Source of the DNA: the human T2T-CHM13v2.0 reference genome, Homo sapiens | Strand: one strand, 5' to 3' | NCBI RefSeq assembly: GCF_009914755.1 | Contig: NC_060930.1 | DNA: 64,000 nucleotides | Shown: positions 37,493 to 50,614 of the stretch, one piece after another | How positions within the stretch are numbered: position 1 is the stretch's first letter | How the letters are laid out: each line of letters begins with the position of its first letter | Notes under the pieces: model-generated | What the model was told of the DNA's origin: nothing | Seen by the model: the letters and a program-made list of their open reading frames with translations, nothing else | Databases searched by the model: none | Translations under genes and position numbers: made by a program

Positions 37493-37790
37493 GGATGGGG
37501 TGCAGTGGCTTACACCTGTAATCCCAGCACTTTGGGAAGCCAAGGCAGGAGGATCACTTGAGGCCAGGAGTTGCAGACTAGCCTGGGGACCCCAGTAAGA
37601 CTTTGTCTCCATTAAAAACTACAAAACTTAGCCGGGCGTGGTGATGCACACCTACAGTCCCAGCTGTTCAGGAGGCTGAGGTGGGAGGATCACTTGAGCC
37701 CAGGAGTTCAAGGTTACAGTAAGCTTTGATCACACTACTATACTCCAGCCTGGTTGACAGAGCAAGACCCTGTCTCAATAAAAAATAATA
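37493..37790 (+). mobile_element. Full-length Alu (AluJ-like)
   Basis: ggaggatcacttgaggccaggag...gagcaagaccctgtctc plus A tail. Confidence 0.92.
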
Positions 37791-37892
37791 TATTTTTTAA
37801 AAAATAGAATAATGCTGTAGCCCAGGGACACTCACAGGGTAGTTGGTGGGGCCAGGTCTGTCTGACTCCAGACACATACTCTTCCCATTTGC

Positions 37893-38030
37893 CACTGGTT
37901 CTGGAGTCCAGCTATGCATTAGAATGGCCTGGGCAGCTTTTCAAAGCTGTCAGTACCTGGGCTACCACCCGACATCAATGAAATGAAACCTTCTGTGCCC
38001 AAGGTAATCTAACAGGCAGTCAGAATCAGG
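37893..38030. mobile_element. MER5-like MITE fragment
   Basis: cactggttct...tgcattagaatggcctgggcagcttttcaaa...aggtaatctaa. Confidence 0.5.
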
Positions 38031-39758
38031 CGCCCTGCGCCCCACCAAGGTGGCGGGGGTCACTAACTATCCAAGGGCAAGTCATCTGCCCTGCAGGTGT
38101 CACTGACGGCCTACCGTGGTCTCAGTGCTGCGTCTCGGGGGAGAAAGGGGAGGCCTTCTTTGTGCTTAGCCTTCCCACTAGGTGCCTAATCCATTCCATG
38201 GGGGAACTGAGACCTGTGACAGAAAGAATTAGAGCTTGCCCATGACGCTGCATAACCAGCTGCTAAGTCGTGTGATACCACGTGTGAGTGATGGTCAGCA
38301 AAGAGAATGATTGAGACACGCCTCTCTCTGACCTGGACTCCCTGACCTTTCCCCTCTGCACCTGGGCTCCTTTGCCTTCTGCCCCTGGACTCCCCTGACC
38401 TTTCTCCCCTGCACCTAGCCTCTTCTGACATGGATTTTTTAGAATCACCAAGACTGCTCAAACGATTAGATTTTATCAGCCAGCACAGAGTAGATAGTGT
38501 CTGGCTACTTCCTTACTGTGACTGTGTCCACAGTATATATAACCAGGCTGGGTCTGTCATGAGACTCTCCGCGGGCTTATAATGAGGGTTGCTGGAATGT
38601 AGCTGGGTTGCATCTTTGTCCCCACCCCATCATGCTGTGTACCTTGTGGGCATCAGATGTGGTTGGGAGCAGGTGCTGCCACCACACAAAGCTCAGCTCC
38701 CAGCCTTCCTTCTTAGGTCACACTGAGCAGCGCCCAGCTTGCCATTTCTGAAGTAACCTGAAGACCCACAGTTTGCAGCCCTGCATTCAGTGCCAAAAGA
38801 GGGCGGTGGGCATCTCCGGGAGCATCCACAATTTATTATACACCACCGAGTACTAAGTAAATGGACAGAAGAGCCGTGTGAGAAAGTTTGAACCCAGAAA
38901 TTTAATATTTCATTAAAAACCACTGTCCCCTTACCTCCTCCCTTGCCACACAACGCAGGAGACATCAAAAGGCAAAACCTTCCCCAAGTTATTTGCAAAT
39001 CCTCATGTTTCATCCATGTGTTTAACCGTTTAACCTTTCATAACCTGTTCCCAAGTGGGAATCAAAAGGTTAAAATAATGCCTCGGATCTTGACGTCACA
39101 TTTCAGGAGTTCTCTTTCTTTCTCCTCCTTTTGCGACTGTGTTGTCTCCAGCCCTTTAAGCCTCCTTGAGTAAGAGCACCGCACAGGAAGGTGTGCACCT
39201 GCCCCGTCAGCAGGGCTGGTGGCCAGTGGCATCGCATCATGCTTTTTAAGTTGGGGGCCGTTGGTCCAGGGGCTCATTTGCCTTTGCACGAGGTGCTGCT
39301 TTTGCTTTTGCCTGACACCCCAAGCAGTCTTGGGGTGAGGGGATGGGTACGGCCCAGAATCACAGGCCCACTTCTGAGGGCTTGCAGCTGCTGGAATGAG
39401 CACTTTCACATCAGTGCCCAAAAACCTAACTTGGAAAATAGTGCCATTGTTGCTTTTTAAATGTTTTGAGATGCCCTTTTTCCTTAATTGGAGGTGCAGT
39501 GGGATGAGCGTGAGGCGTTGGGAGATGTGGCGGGCAGAAGGACCTCCGAGCAGTGCTTTTTCTGTTGCCATCAGCAGGTTCCCTAATGGTTTTATAACTG
39601 TAAATGCTGCCTATGCACTGCTGAGTGGGAGTAATGAGCATTAGTTAAAAGAGGCAAATGAAGAAAAGTCAACCAAGACATTAAGTGCTTTTTTTGTCTC
39701 CTGGCTTTAAACAAGCCACTTTGTTGCAAACCAATGATCCTGCCGTGTTTTTCACTAG

Positions 39759-40070
<312 letters not shown>

Positions 40071-43000
40071 TGAGAGGTGGGGGGTTCCTGTGTCGTTTTG
40101 TTTATTTAATTGGACGCCCACTGGCAGTGTTAAGGGATGAGAGAATTAAATCTGGGATATGGCCATTTCTGGTTGACACTTGGAAGGCACCCCTTCTTTT
40201 GCTTTACCTTAATCAAAACAGGCTTTCGAATTCTAAGCCATATACGTTTATTGCTTATACAAGTATTCAAAAAGATTCCATCTACCTCTACACAAAATAA
40301 AGATCCCCCAGTGGCCAGTTTGAATACATGTGCACTTCTAGGAAATGCCACCCTACAGGTTCGACAGCTCGAGCTCCCCCGCCCTCTTTCGGAAATCCTC
40401 AGATTTGAACTTTAGTAAAATGAAGCCTGGGCTTCGTTTCTAATGTCCCCTACCCAGCAAGTTCTCACTTCTAGGGAATTTAACAAGCTGTCGTGGTAAG
40501 GATCCACACGGCCTTGTTTTGGAAACAGGTGGTCTTTTGCAGCCTTGTTCTGGAAGTCAGGGGTCTTAGGAATGGGTGCAGCGCTGGCCACCAACACGCT
40601 CGCAGGCCGAGCCACATCAGTGACGCCTGCTGGCTCCCTTCCCTCTCCTCCCCACTGACAGAGACCCTCCCATTCCTTTCAGCTCCCCTGCCAGCCTTCG
40701 TTCTACCGTTTGGCTTTCAGATTTGAAATGACAAAATCATATATTCTGATAAATGCAATAGTAGAGAGGGGAAGAAATTGGCACCTTAGTGCTGGGTGGT
40801 GACCTTACTCCAGTAGATCCGACCATTCTCTTATCTGTGTCTGCCTCGCAGTCAGCGACCTTCAGCACATTAGCCTCACTGTTCCTGGTCCCTGTCTATG
40901 AGATGTGGCTGCACCCACCGCTCCTGTACACAGCTTGTTCTGAGCGTGGCTGGCAGCCCATGTTTCCTGAGCACTTCCAGTGTGCTGGGCCCTTTTCTAA
41001 GTGCTATCATTTCATTTTCACATCAGCCCTGTGACATTGATACTATTTTAAAATCCATGAGAAAATGAAGGTCTCGTGGAATCTAAGTACTTGCCCAAAG
41101 CCAACTAGCTGGGGAGTAGAAGGTCTTATCTGGGGCATCTGGTGCTACAGTATACACGATACCCACCAGACACCTCTGGCTGTATTGAAAATACCTTTGT
41201 AATATGTGAAATGTTTACACATAGAAGCCAGAGAAAGAGGTCATTTCATTTTTAATGATTTCCTCTAGCTGCTGTCTGGATGGCAAAGCTGATATCCAAG
41301 GTTGCTAATCAAGGGATCTCACATAAATACGTTTTAGGCCCAAAGTGCACTTGTAGTGAATATACCTAGAATTACATCTGTAGGCTCTAAAAACAAGTAG
41401 AAATCCTCGCTAACCTCATCCTTAAAGATTCAAAGGCTTTACCAACTCAGGTGTCCCTTAAAAACTGGGAAATCTAATTTTAAAAATCTCACAACATTAC
41501 ATCCAGTTCACAGAGTAAAACAAGCTGCCTGTGAACAGCTCTGAAACTATTTTTCCAAAATAAAAACCCAGTGGGGCGTAGGGACCAAAGTGGTGATGTC
41601 TGTAAAGATCTAAGGGTACATTTTATTTGCCAGGAAAGAACTCGTGTCACTGAATGGGCTGCACTTGTGTATGGAGAATAGCTCTCCCAGTGTGCATCAG
41701 CTTCAGGACGGGGGCCCTGCTGAGGCGTATAGATCCTTCAGAAAGTGGAGGGCCTGTTCTCTTAACAGCCAGCCGTTCCCTTTTCCCCTTTTTTAAACTG
41801 TCATTTTTATGGCAACATTATCATTTTAACTACACAAAAGAGCTTGGATTGCAAATGGACTCCTGGTATACATTCTTCTCAGTAGTCCAGATGGAGCCGA
41901 GGGCCTGTGACACAGGAGGCAGTGGAAGGAAAGCCTCCTGGTCTCGTCCAGCCCCGAGAGCGCGTGCAGGGGGCTCCAGGCACACACAGGCGTCTGGGGG
42001 TCGCAGGCAGAGGCACCCTGGTCTTCAGAAGCCTCTCGATTCACTGCCACCCACACAGCAGGTGGCCTCTCCGATTCCAGTCCCATCATTAGGGAAAGTG
42101 TCTGGAAACATTTTTGTTGTTAAAGGAAAATAAAATTATTCCCAACTATTGGCCATGTTAGAGTCTCATTTATTACAAGATTTTTAAACACAAATTTACG
42201 GTAAAAATGTATGTTCTTTGAAGTCACTTTTTCCTGGAAGAACATAATTATAGTTTATTTTTTACCAGCACATTCAGGCGAACTAAACTAAAAGATTCTG
42301 AAGAAACATTTTAGATTTTTTTTCACCCAATGGTTGCTCTGAACCAGCTAAAATCCTAAGTCTTTTGACTGTATTCTAAGAGCACTCTAAGTCATCTGTC
42401 TCTAGTCAGGTTTCAATTTGGGGTGCTAATACAGCTCTAGGCTTCAATTCTGTCAGCCTCTGGGAGGCATAAGCCCCTTGGCCCCTGGGGCTGCACCCCA
42501 CATATCACTGCCAAGTGGCTGTGTGGCTTCTCACACCGGATGTCTGGGTTCCTGTCTTCCAGCCACCAGAGCAAGTCAGTGATTGAGACTCCCAGGTGAA
42601 CCAAGGCAAGGCCATGGGGTGTGGTTTGTGTCTTTAAGGTGCCAGTGGCGATCTTGTTATAAAGCATCTAGAAAAGGTTGTGGGGGAGTTCCAATGAGCG
42701 CTGTAGGAAGCACCTCCCCAGCCTGTAAGCTGGAGATGGGGAGGGGAATGGAAGGGACCAGGCTGGGAGAAGTGGGGCAGGGGTGGGGCATGGAGCTCCA
42801 CATTCGGTTAATAAGTCTGTAACCAAAAACCCATCCATCTTGGCTGGCAGGTGGCTGACTGAATTTCTATTATTAGCTGACAGGTGATGTCACAAAACCT
42901 GTCATGGATCCAACTAGGGAATCCTCAGTGGAAGATAAATGAGAAAGGGACTCAGGTTATAAACAGAGGTGCCCTCTGGTTGACCTCTAGTCACTGTAGA

Positions 43001-43650
43001 CCTGGGACATATCAGCTATTCCTTCTCCCCACCCTACTTCGCTCAACCCCGCCAGAACTAGGGCACCAGGTTCGTGCCGGGTAAATTATCTTCCCAGCTA
43101 GGAGCCTGGCCATGCTGTCTGAAGTGTGTGAATGTACTTAACCTTCAGTAACCTTTCCATTGTTTACTTTAGAGTATACATTTGTAGCTTCTGGCAAAAG
43201 GTAGGGATGTCCTAGAGAGCCTGCCAGCCTCCTCTATTAATGGAGTTACAAGAGGTTGCATTCATTTTTTTTTTTTCCATGAAAGGAAAGGAAAAAAAAA
43301 ACACTGGCAAGGGAGATTTTTCCTTTTTTTTTTTATTAGCTATAAATGTGAATACTTGTAAATAAGGGTCTTTCTGAAATCAAGCCTTGCAAGTGATGTT
43401 TCCAAGGAGGCTGTCGGCTGGAGCGGAGCCTGCCTGAATTTCGAAAGCAAGTCATTTCTCTTCTGCAGCACTAGGCGGGCAACCATGTCTGCAGGATTAT
43501 TACCCTTTTATATCTGCAAAAGACGGCTTTCTTCCTTTACTCCAATATACCTTTTTAACATGTGTTTCCAGGGTTTTACGCAAATTTGGTTTGTAAGTAT
43601 GAGTGAATACATTTTTCTTTTAAAATACCTACAATAAGTGTCAATCTTCT

Positions 43651-43760
43651 CTGTATAACAAACCCCCATGACATGCGTTTACCTATGTAACAAACCTGCA
43701 CATCCTGCACATGTACCCCTCAACTTAAAGTTTAAAAAAAAAAAAGTAAATAAAAACTTT
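43651..43760 (+). mobile_element. 5'-truncated L1PA/L1PB 3' end with poly-A
   Basis: acaaacccccatgacatgcgtttacctatgtaacaaacctgcacatcctgcacatgtacccct.aacttaaa plus A run. Confidence 0.85.
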
Positions 43761-44699
43761 TTTAAAAAAGTCAGTCTTTGTGGCATCTCTGAGAACTTCT
43801 CTAAGTCATTCAGTGCAGGGCTCACAGGGACGGATGTTACGCAGTGTTCAGCTCTGTTGGCCAGCGTTCATTCCAACCCAGGCCAGAGGCTGGGCAGACC
43901 TCATCTGGCTAGGAATGTCTCTGTCTAGCTGAGGCTTTCCGAGTAGAAATAATGTACTCATTTTGATTTCTGACTCCTTCCCAGTGTCCTCTGTAACCTC
44001 TCGTGGTTTGTTTCACCTCCATTGCCACTAGAGTAAAATGTGAATAATGGTAGTTGTAGTGAGCCTTGGGAACGTCATAGGAAAGGCATTCTACACAATA
44101 ACATGGAAAACGTTATTCACAAGCAGCAGTAATCCTGCCATTTGTTCGGGGGGTTCTGCACGTTTTTATCAGAAACTCCATGAGGGCAGGGGTTGTTGTC
44201 TTTCTTATCAGTTTGGTCCACTGGTGTATGTGAGCATAGAAGAGAACCTAGACTATAGTAGGTGTATTACTCATTTATTAAGTATTTGTTTAATTCACAC
44301 ATGAAACCAGTATCTATTGATGATCTGGCGTGCTAAGGACTGCAGTAGATGACAGAGCAGGAGCCCTGCAAATGTTACGTTTTTCCCTCAAGGTGAGGTT
44401 AATTAATTTTTCCAAGAGTCCCACATAAGGTTTGGAAAAAATCAGTTCAATTCTGTTATTATAATGTAATTATACTTAAAGCCAAATCTCAGCACCCTGA
44501 TAACAGCATTAAAAAAACGCCAAACCAGTATGACTTGTGCTTTTTGATAACAAATCTGATTTCATAGGTCAAAAAGTGACACTATTAATGACAGCACAGA
44601 CACATTCAGATGTTGAGAAGCTATTGAAATGACATAAGGCTCATTGTTAATTTGTGTCCTTGCTTTTCATCTTAAACATTTCACATTGTCTAAGACCCA

Positions 44700-45100
44700 G
44701 AACTAAGTTTTCTAATTTCGTTTCTAAAACAGCACAATAATTCATCGAGTTGATGCACAAAAATTTTCATCCCATTTATAAAAATGTACATTTAGATTAT
44801 TTCCAGTCTAGACAACAGTGAATGAACACTCTTCTGCCTAAAGCCTCCTTTTTATTAGATTATTTTCTTGGGATAAATACCCCAGAAAATAAGTATCCAG
44901 TCAAAAGATATAAATGTGTTTTATGGCTCACAAATGAAATATGTTGCCAAATAGTTTACTCAAAAACTTCTTTACTAATTTTTACTGTAAACAATAGAAA
45001 AGCAACGAATTTTACAACATCATTATCAGCAATGGCTATTGTTACTGTTTCTAATAAGATGGTGTCTTATTTACATTTATGTCTTTCATCTGTATAACTA
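44700..45100 (-). mobile_element. Old L1M relic
   Basis: catttagattatttccagt...ttcttgggataaatacccagaa...gtcaaaagatataaatg...ttgccaaatag. Confidence 0.6.
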
Positions 45101-45169
45101 GCAAGGCAGCTGGGCTTACTTGATAATCTCTGGATTTCTTCCTGTTTCTCTTGGTGCTGCTACTATCAG

Positions 45170-45308
45170 CTAACTCGGGATCCTTGCAAGGCCCACAGAC
45201 CCCCCAGTCAACTGGCAGCAATTCCATGGCAGAGGTTCCAGGTGACCTGAAGCCACCTACCCCAGCCTCCACCCCTCACGGCCAGATGACTCCAATGCAA
45301 GGTGGAAG
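45170..45308 (+). CDS. ARID1B: ARID1B exon 14, 139 nt: (A)[12 protein letters not shown]...MQGG(R)
   Basis: tactatcag| acceptor, AAG|gtatgt donor, phase 1 to 2. Confidence 0.95.
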
Positions 45309-45565
45309 GTATGTTCAAATAACTCTGTGAGGCATACAAAGTCACATTTGTTCATCTTTTAGTTTTCTGGGGCAAACTTCACAGAGAGAAGAAATGGTAT
45401 TCCCTAGAGAGTTTTTAAATGTTGATGACTGCCAGTTTTCTTCATGTCATTTATCTTGAATGGTTTTTGCATTTGCACATTTCAAGATGGGTTCATCTTC
45501 TGAATGTACTGTTTGGAGGTAACTCCTGCTGTATCATTAAGCTTTCATTCTTTGCCTCTCTTCAG

Positions 45566-45738
45566 AAGCAGTACAATCAGTGTGCACGACCCATTCTCAG
45601 ATGTGAGTGATTCATCCTTCCCGAAACGGAACTCCATGACTCCAAACGCCCCCTACCAGCAGGGCATGAGCATGCCCGATGTGATGGGCAGGATGCCCTA
45701 TGAGCCCAACAAGGACCCCTTTGGGGGAATGAGAAAAG
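45566..45738 (+). CDS. ARID1B: ARID1B exon 15, 173 nt: [10 protein letters not shown]...DPFGGMRK
   Basis: cctctcttcag| acceptor, AAG|gtacgt donor, phase 2 to 1. Confidence 0.95.
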
Positions 45739-46169
45739 GTACGTGTAGAGGGGCCTCCACCCGGCCATGGACCAGTGGGCATTCTACTCTCTGCCGTTCC
45801 ACAACAGTTCACCTTTCACTCAGAACACCTCTGAGCCCATGCTGCATCGGTGTGGGTCCCAGGTCCCCATCCTACTCCACTTGTGGCCTTGGGAAAAGCA
45901 GTTAGCCTCTTTGTGCCCTCATCCTGTCCCCGGCTGGCCTCAGTGCCCTCAGCCTGTTCCCTGGCACATGCTCCCTGTTTCCGGATACCTGCCACCTCCT
46001 TACACGTGCCAAGTTACGTTCCTCATCTAGAAATTGGGAAAATAATAGGACCCGCTTCCAAAGGCATGGCGAGGATTAAGTTCCTGCAACAGAGCTCAGA
46101 GAAGAGTGGCTGGCAGCCGCGGTAAGTAAGCACGCACTTCACGGCACTTGGCATGGTGGTGTGCTAGTG

Positions 46170-47140
46170 TGCGCTGGGCGCTAGCTCGTGGATTGGTAAA
46201 TCAGAGTCGCTGCCCACCTTCAGGGAATCACAGACTCCCTGCCTTCTTACTTCCTGGGAGGAAGCAAAAAATAAGTTAAGCACAAATAAGCAGTTAAAGA
46301 TTGTGGTTGGTGGAAGACAGGAAAGTGAAAGGAAGAAAGGATACAGATAGCAGTGGCACTGGGTGGCGCGGTGGGAGAGAGGGAAAGCGATTTAGACTGA
46401 GTGGTCGGGAGGGAAGGGCCCTGAGGACCTGTCATGGGGGTGGTGGTGGGAATGAGCTTGGTGTATGAGGAGGTGGTGGGTGTCCAGAGCACAGTGAGCA
46501 TGGGCCCGGGGACAGGCTGAGGTCGTTGAGGCCGGCGGGGCCAAAGCCTTTCGGTGTCTGTGGGCGTATTGATGAATCTGGATTTTTCCCCAAGGTGAAA
46601 GATGTTATGCAGGGAAGTGATGTGAGTAGTTTTTTTTTGTGATAAATAAATAAATGACTGGCCATCTCTGGAGAATGTACTGGAAAGAGGTAAGAGTAGC
46701 TTTGGGGAGACCACTGTGAGAGTCTAGGGGGAGCTGGCCAACTGGAGCCGGACACCAGCAGCACAGAGGGAACCCGCCGGCAGAGTGTATGTCAGAGGTG
46801 CTGGTGGAGTGAACGCGGGCCCTGAGGGAGAAGCTAACCGTGACTGGGCGGGTGAAGACATTATTCCCTGCAATGCAGAGGATTGGAAAAGGACCGGGCT
46901 AGAGAGGGGAACCTGGAGTTCCTCTGGGGTGTGTCCCGGTGGTAAGGCATGGAGTGCATGGCTGGAGCTGAGCAGATGTTGGGATCGGTATGATCTTGGA
47001 GTAGTAAGTGTAGAAATGGCATCTGCAGTGATGGGATTGATGAGATCCTTGAGACAGAGAGTGCAGAAGTTTATGACTGCCATCAGGAGACACCAGGCTG
47101 GCCCTTCCCTTGATGCCTGCCGACTCCCAAGGTTGAGGTG
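46170..47140 (-). mobile_element. L2 relic(s)
   Basis: gctgcccaccttcagggaatcacagact; gggctagaga...acctggagttcctct...ggtaaggcatggagtgcatg. Confidence 0.5.
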
Positions 47141-47979
47141 GCACTGAGGCTGTGACTGTCTGAGCCACTGTCCTTCAGTTCTGCCCGTGGTCTACAAGCC
47201 ACAAGTGGAGACTTGATATTTTGCTCTTGCGCATTCTTCCAAGTGCATTCAAGGCCTGTGAAATTGAAGCATGATGTGTATATTATTGGAAAAAAACATA
47301 TAGAATAAATAGTGAATAATATTTTTATGGAAATACTTACTCTGGAATCCCTTAAATAATAGTACCTGTGTTGGGGTACATAAATTTCTTGATAATATTG
47401 TCTGAGTGGAGAGAAGCATAAAGCCCAAAGCCTTGGTTTTCATATGTATTATAGACCAATGAAAAAGAACAATGGAGAGTCTTTAAAATTTGAGTATAGG
47501 GCATATACCATTTAAAAATGAAATTCATAGTATTTCATGTACAACATTTCAGGTAACACTCATAAAGCAAGATCATCTATGATTTTTTTCTTTCAAAAGT
47601 TTCAGGGCTGCTTATTCCAAGTGAGGATTTTGTAGGACATGCAGTAAATCCATAAGCTTAGAATTTCAAAAGCTTTGTGAATGTTGGGGTAGCTGTTTTT
47701 CTTAGTGGTATGAGATGCTAGACAGAACATTTCGTTAGTGCTTTTGGTGGCTTTAGACTCTGAAAATATGACAACATGGAAAAAAATAATTAGTAGTATT
47801 TAGAATTTGGCCTCAAAATGTATTGCAAACCATTCCCATATCCCACCGATACACCACATTAGACAACTATAGGTGTATTTCCCTCGTGTCCTCATGCCTA
47901 GAATTTCTTATTACAAAAATAAATTTGTGGGGGTGGAATGATTCTGGGATCACCTTGCTAGGCCCTAGGTAGATATATG

Positions 47980-48193
47980 CAGATACTTCTCACCTTACAG
48001 TGGGGTTACATCAGAAGAAACCCATCCTAAATTGAAAATATTGGTAAGTTGAAAACACACTTTCACTTACGATATTTTTGATTGACAATGAGTTGATCCG
48101 GACATAACCCCATCTTAAATTGAGGAGCATACTGAATGCCTGTCGCTTTCACACCATCATAAGGTTGAGCCATCCTACTTTGGTGACTGTCTG
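47980..48193 (+). mobile_element. Tigger5/MER47-like Tc1-mariner MITE
   Basis: Termini cagatacttctcaccttacagtggggttac... and ...ggtgactgtctg|ta; internal inverted copy of the 5' end. Confidence 0.75.
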
Positions 48194-48719
48194 TAATGTT
48201 GTTTTCATCAACCATGTAAATGATCCCCGGTGGCAAGTACAATCCCTAGTGTATTTCAGTTCACCTGCTGCCTTACGGTATTGATGTATTCAGTACCAAA
48301 TTAAAGCAGATAAACAGAAAATCCACGGGAAACACATTTTCTAAGAGTCTTAATCCTGTTGTGTATAGTTTTCCATTCTTCAGTTTGCCTTACTCTGTCA
48401 GTAAACTTAATGGTGCTCTGATTTTTTATTTAATGACTAACTTCAGTGGAAAACATACTCTTTGTCGCTGTTGCTGCTGCTGGTGGTGTTAACCTGTAGT
48501 ACAAGTAGCATGGTCAGAGTCTGATCTAATATTAGCCCTCAGTAGCCCTGAGGGGCCTGGCCCTGCCTGTTCACCGGCCTGCCTTCCCTGCCTTCTTACT
48601 TCCTTACTTCACTGATTGAGGCATTGATTGATTACATATAAATGAACATCATTTTATATGTTTAACAGAATAGTATATATCGAATTTATATTATTATCTG
48701 TACACATAGCTCTACTTTT

Positions 48720-49760
48720 TTTAATTGAATAGATACACCCTAATGCTCTAGTAATGGGTGAGTTGTTCCATAATCTTTTCTATTATAAACAATGAAGCAG
48801 TGATTGTTGAAGTACAGTTTTTTCACATTGTAAGAATGTTTCTGCGAAATAGATTCCTAGAAGTAGAATTGTTGAATCAAAGGATATGAACTTTTTTTTT
48901 AGTTTACTGAGTATCTCAGCTTTTACAGTATAACAAACTACCCCCAAATCTTAGTGGCTTTAAAAACAGTAACACTTAATTATATCTCTCAGTTCTGTGG
49001 TAGACTGGGTAGTTCTTCGCTCTGTGTGTCATGTTGTCAGCTAGGATATTGAGGTGGCCGCCATCATCTGGGAGCCAGGCTGAGAGCTCTGCTGGGCTCT
49101 GATGTCTCTCAAGTGGCTGATGTCATCCCCAGGCTCTACTGGGACCTCAACTGGAGCTGTTGGCTGCAGCCTCCTCCATGGGGCCTTTCCATGTAGTTTC
49201 TTAGGTGCCTATAACATGGCAGATGGATTTCAAGAGGGAGCACTCCAAGAGGACAGGTCCCGGGAGCAAGCAGTTAAAAACTTTTGCTTGCATCTCACTT
49301 GCTGGAGCCCTCTTAGGCAATGCTAATCACATGACCAAACCCAAAGGCATCATGGGAGGGGTTTCCCAGGCTGCGAATGCTGGGAGATGCACTTCTTTGG
49401 GGGTTGCCAAAGCACAGCCTCCCATAGCAGGTAAAGCAGGTATTGGCAAAGCTTATACCAGCTTAATGTTCTCAACAAAAGCATGTGAGAGTGTGCGGGT
49501 TCTCACCCCCTTACTAAGAATGATCATTGTCCATCATTTTAACATTGGCCAATCAGATGGAAGGGGGAAGGCCTCATTACTGTTTACCTTGGATTCATTC
49601 CATTATTAGTGAACTCACACATCTTTTCATATGTTGATTGACCATTTGTTTTTCTTTTGTGAATGTTCATTTATGTGTTTGCCCATTTTTAATTTGATTG
49701 TTGCTTTTCCTGTTGATTTTTTTAAATTTCCTTGTGTATTAGAGAAAAGCTATTTAATTA
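48720..49760 (-). mobile_element. Old L1M relic interrupted by an MLT1 LTR
   Basis: tagattcctagaagtagaattgttgaatcaaaggatatg, resuming after the LTR at ...catcttttcatatgttgattgaccatttg. Confidence 0.7.
48910..49427 (-). mobile_element. MaLR solo LTR (MLT1H/J-like)
   Basis: taacaaactacccccaaatcttagtggctttaaaaac...tctctcagttctgtgg...aatcacatgaccaaacccaaa. Confidence 0.7.
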
Positions 49761-50367
49761 TGTCACGTGATTTCTTTCTATCTCTGTTTTCACATCTACA
49801 AAATAGAAAGTAACTTCAAAACTGGTTCTACCACAGGTTGATGTGAGATCAAATAGATAAAACAGGTGAAAGCACATTGCAAAGGAAAATACTTGATGCT
49901 GGCATTGGCCCCTCTCTACCAGCCTAACAAAATGTATCTACTCATGAAATCTTAACCAGCTTTTGCTTCACATAACATAAAAGTAACTATCATAGGATGG
50001 AGAAAGGTAGCAATACTGTATAACGATGAAAATTTATATTAAAATGTTTAATTTGCCTTCAGGCTAGTTTCTGGACTGAACACAATTTCCTTCAGGCTCT
50101 GAGCTGATGCTAATTTGCATGTACTACCTACTTGTCACTCCATCCTGTGTTAGAAATAGTTGTATTTCATCCCATCTTGAGCTATTCTTAACTCCTTAAT
50201 AATTTTTTTAATCCTTATTTTGGAGTGAATCAGTGGCTGAATGTTAAGGTTTTCACCTTTTTTCTTATGGGAGAAGGGAACTAACTTTGTATACATATTT
50301 TATGTCCTCCTTACAACCATTTCATGAGATAATATTACTGGCCTCATTTTATAGACAAGAAAATAGG

Positions 50368-50550
50368 GGCCAGGTGATGACTCATGCCTGTAATTCTAGC
50401 ACCTCAAGAGGTTGAGGAAGGCAGGCAGATCACTTGAGCCCAGGAGTTCGAGGCTACAGTAAGCTACGATTTCACCACTGCAGTTGCAACATTGCACCTC
50501 TTATCACTAGGTGATACAGCGAGACCCTCTCTCTAAAAAACATAATAAAA
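50368..50550 (+). mobile_element. Alu monomer (FAM/FRAM-like) inside a MIR
   Basis: Single arm ggccaggtg...gatcacttgagcccaggagttcgaggctacagt...gcgagaccctctctct plus A tail. Confidence 0.8.
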
Positions 50551-50614
50551 ATGTTGAAAAGAAATGAAATTAAACTCAGAGGTAACTTACCCAAGTAAGG
50601 AATGGATCTGGGCC

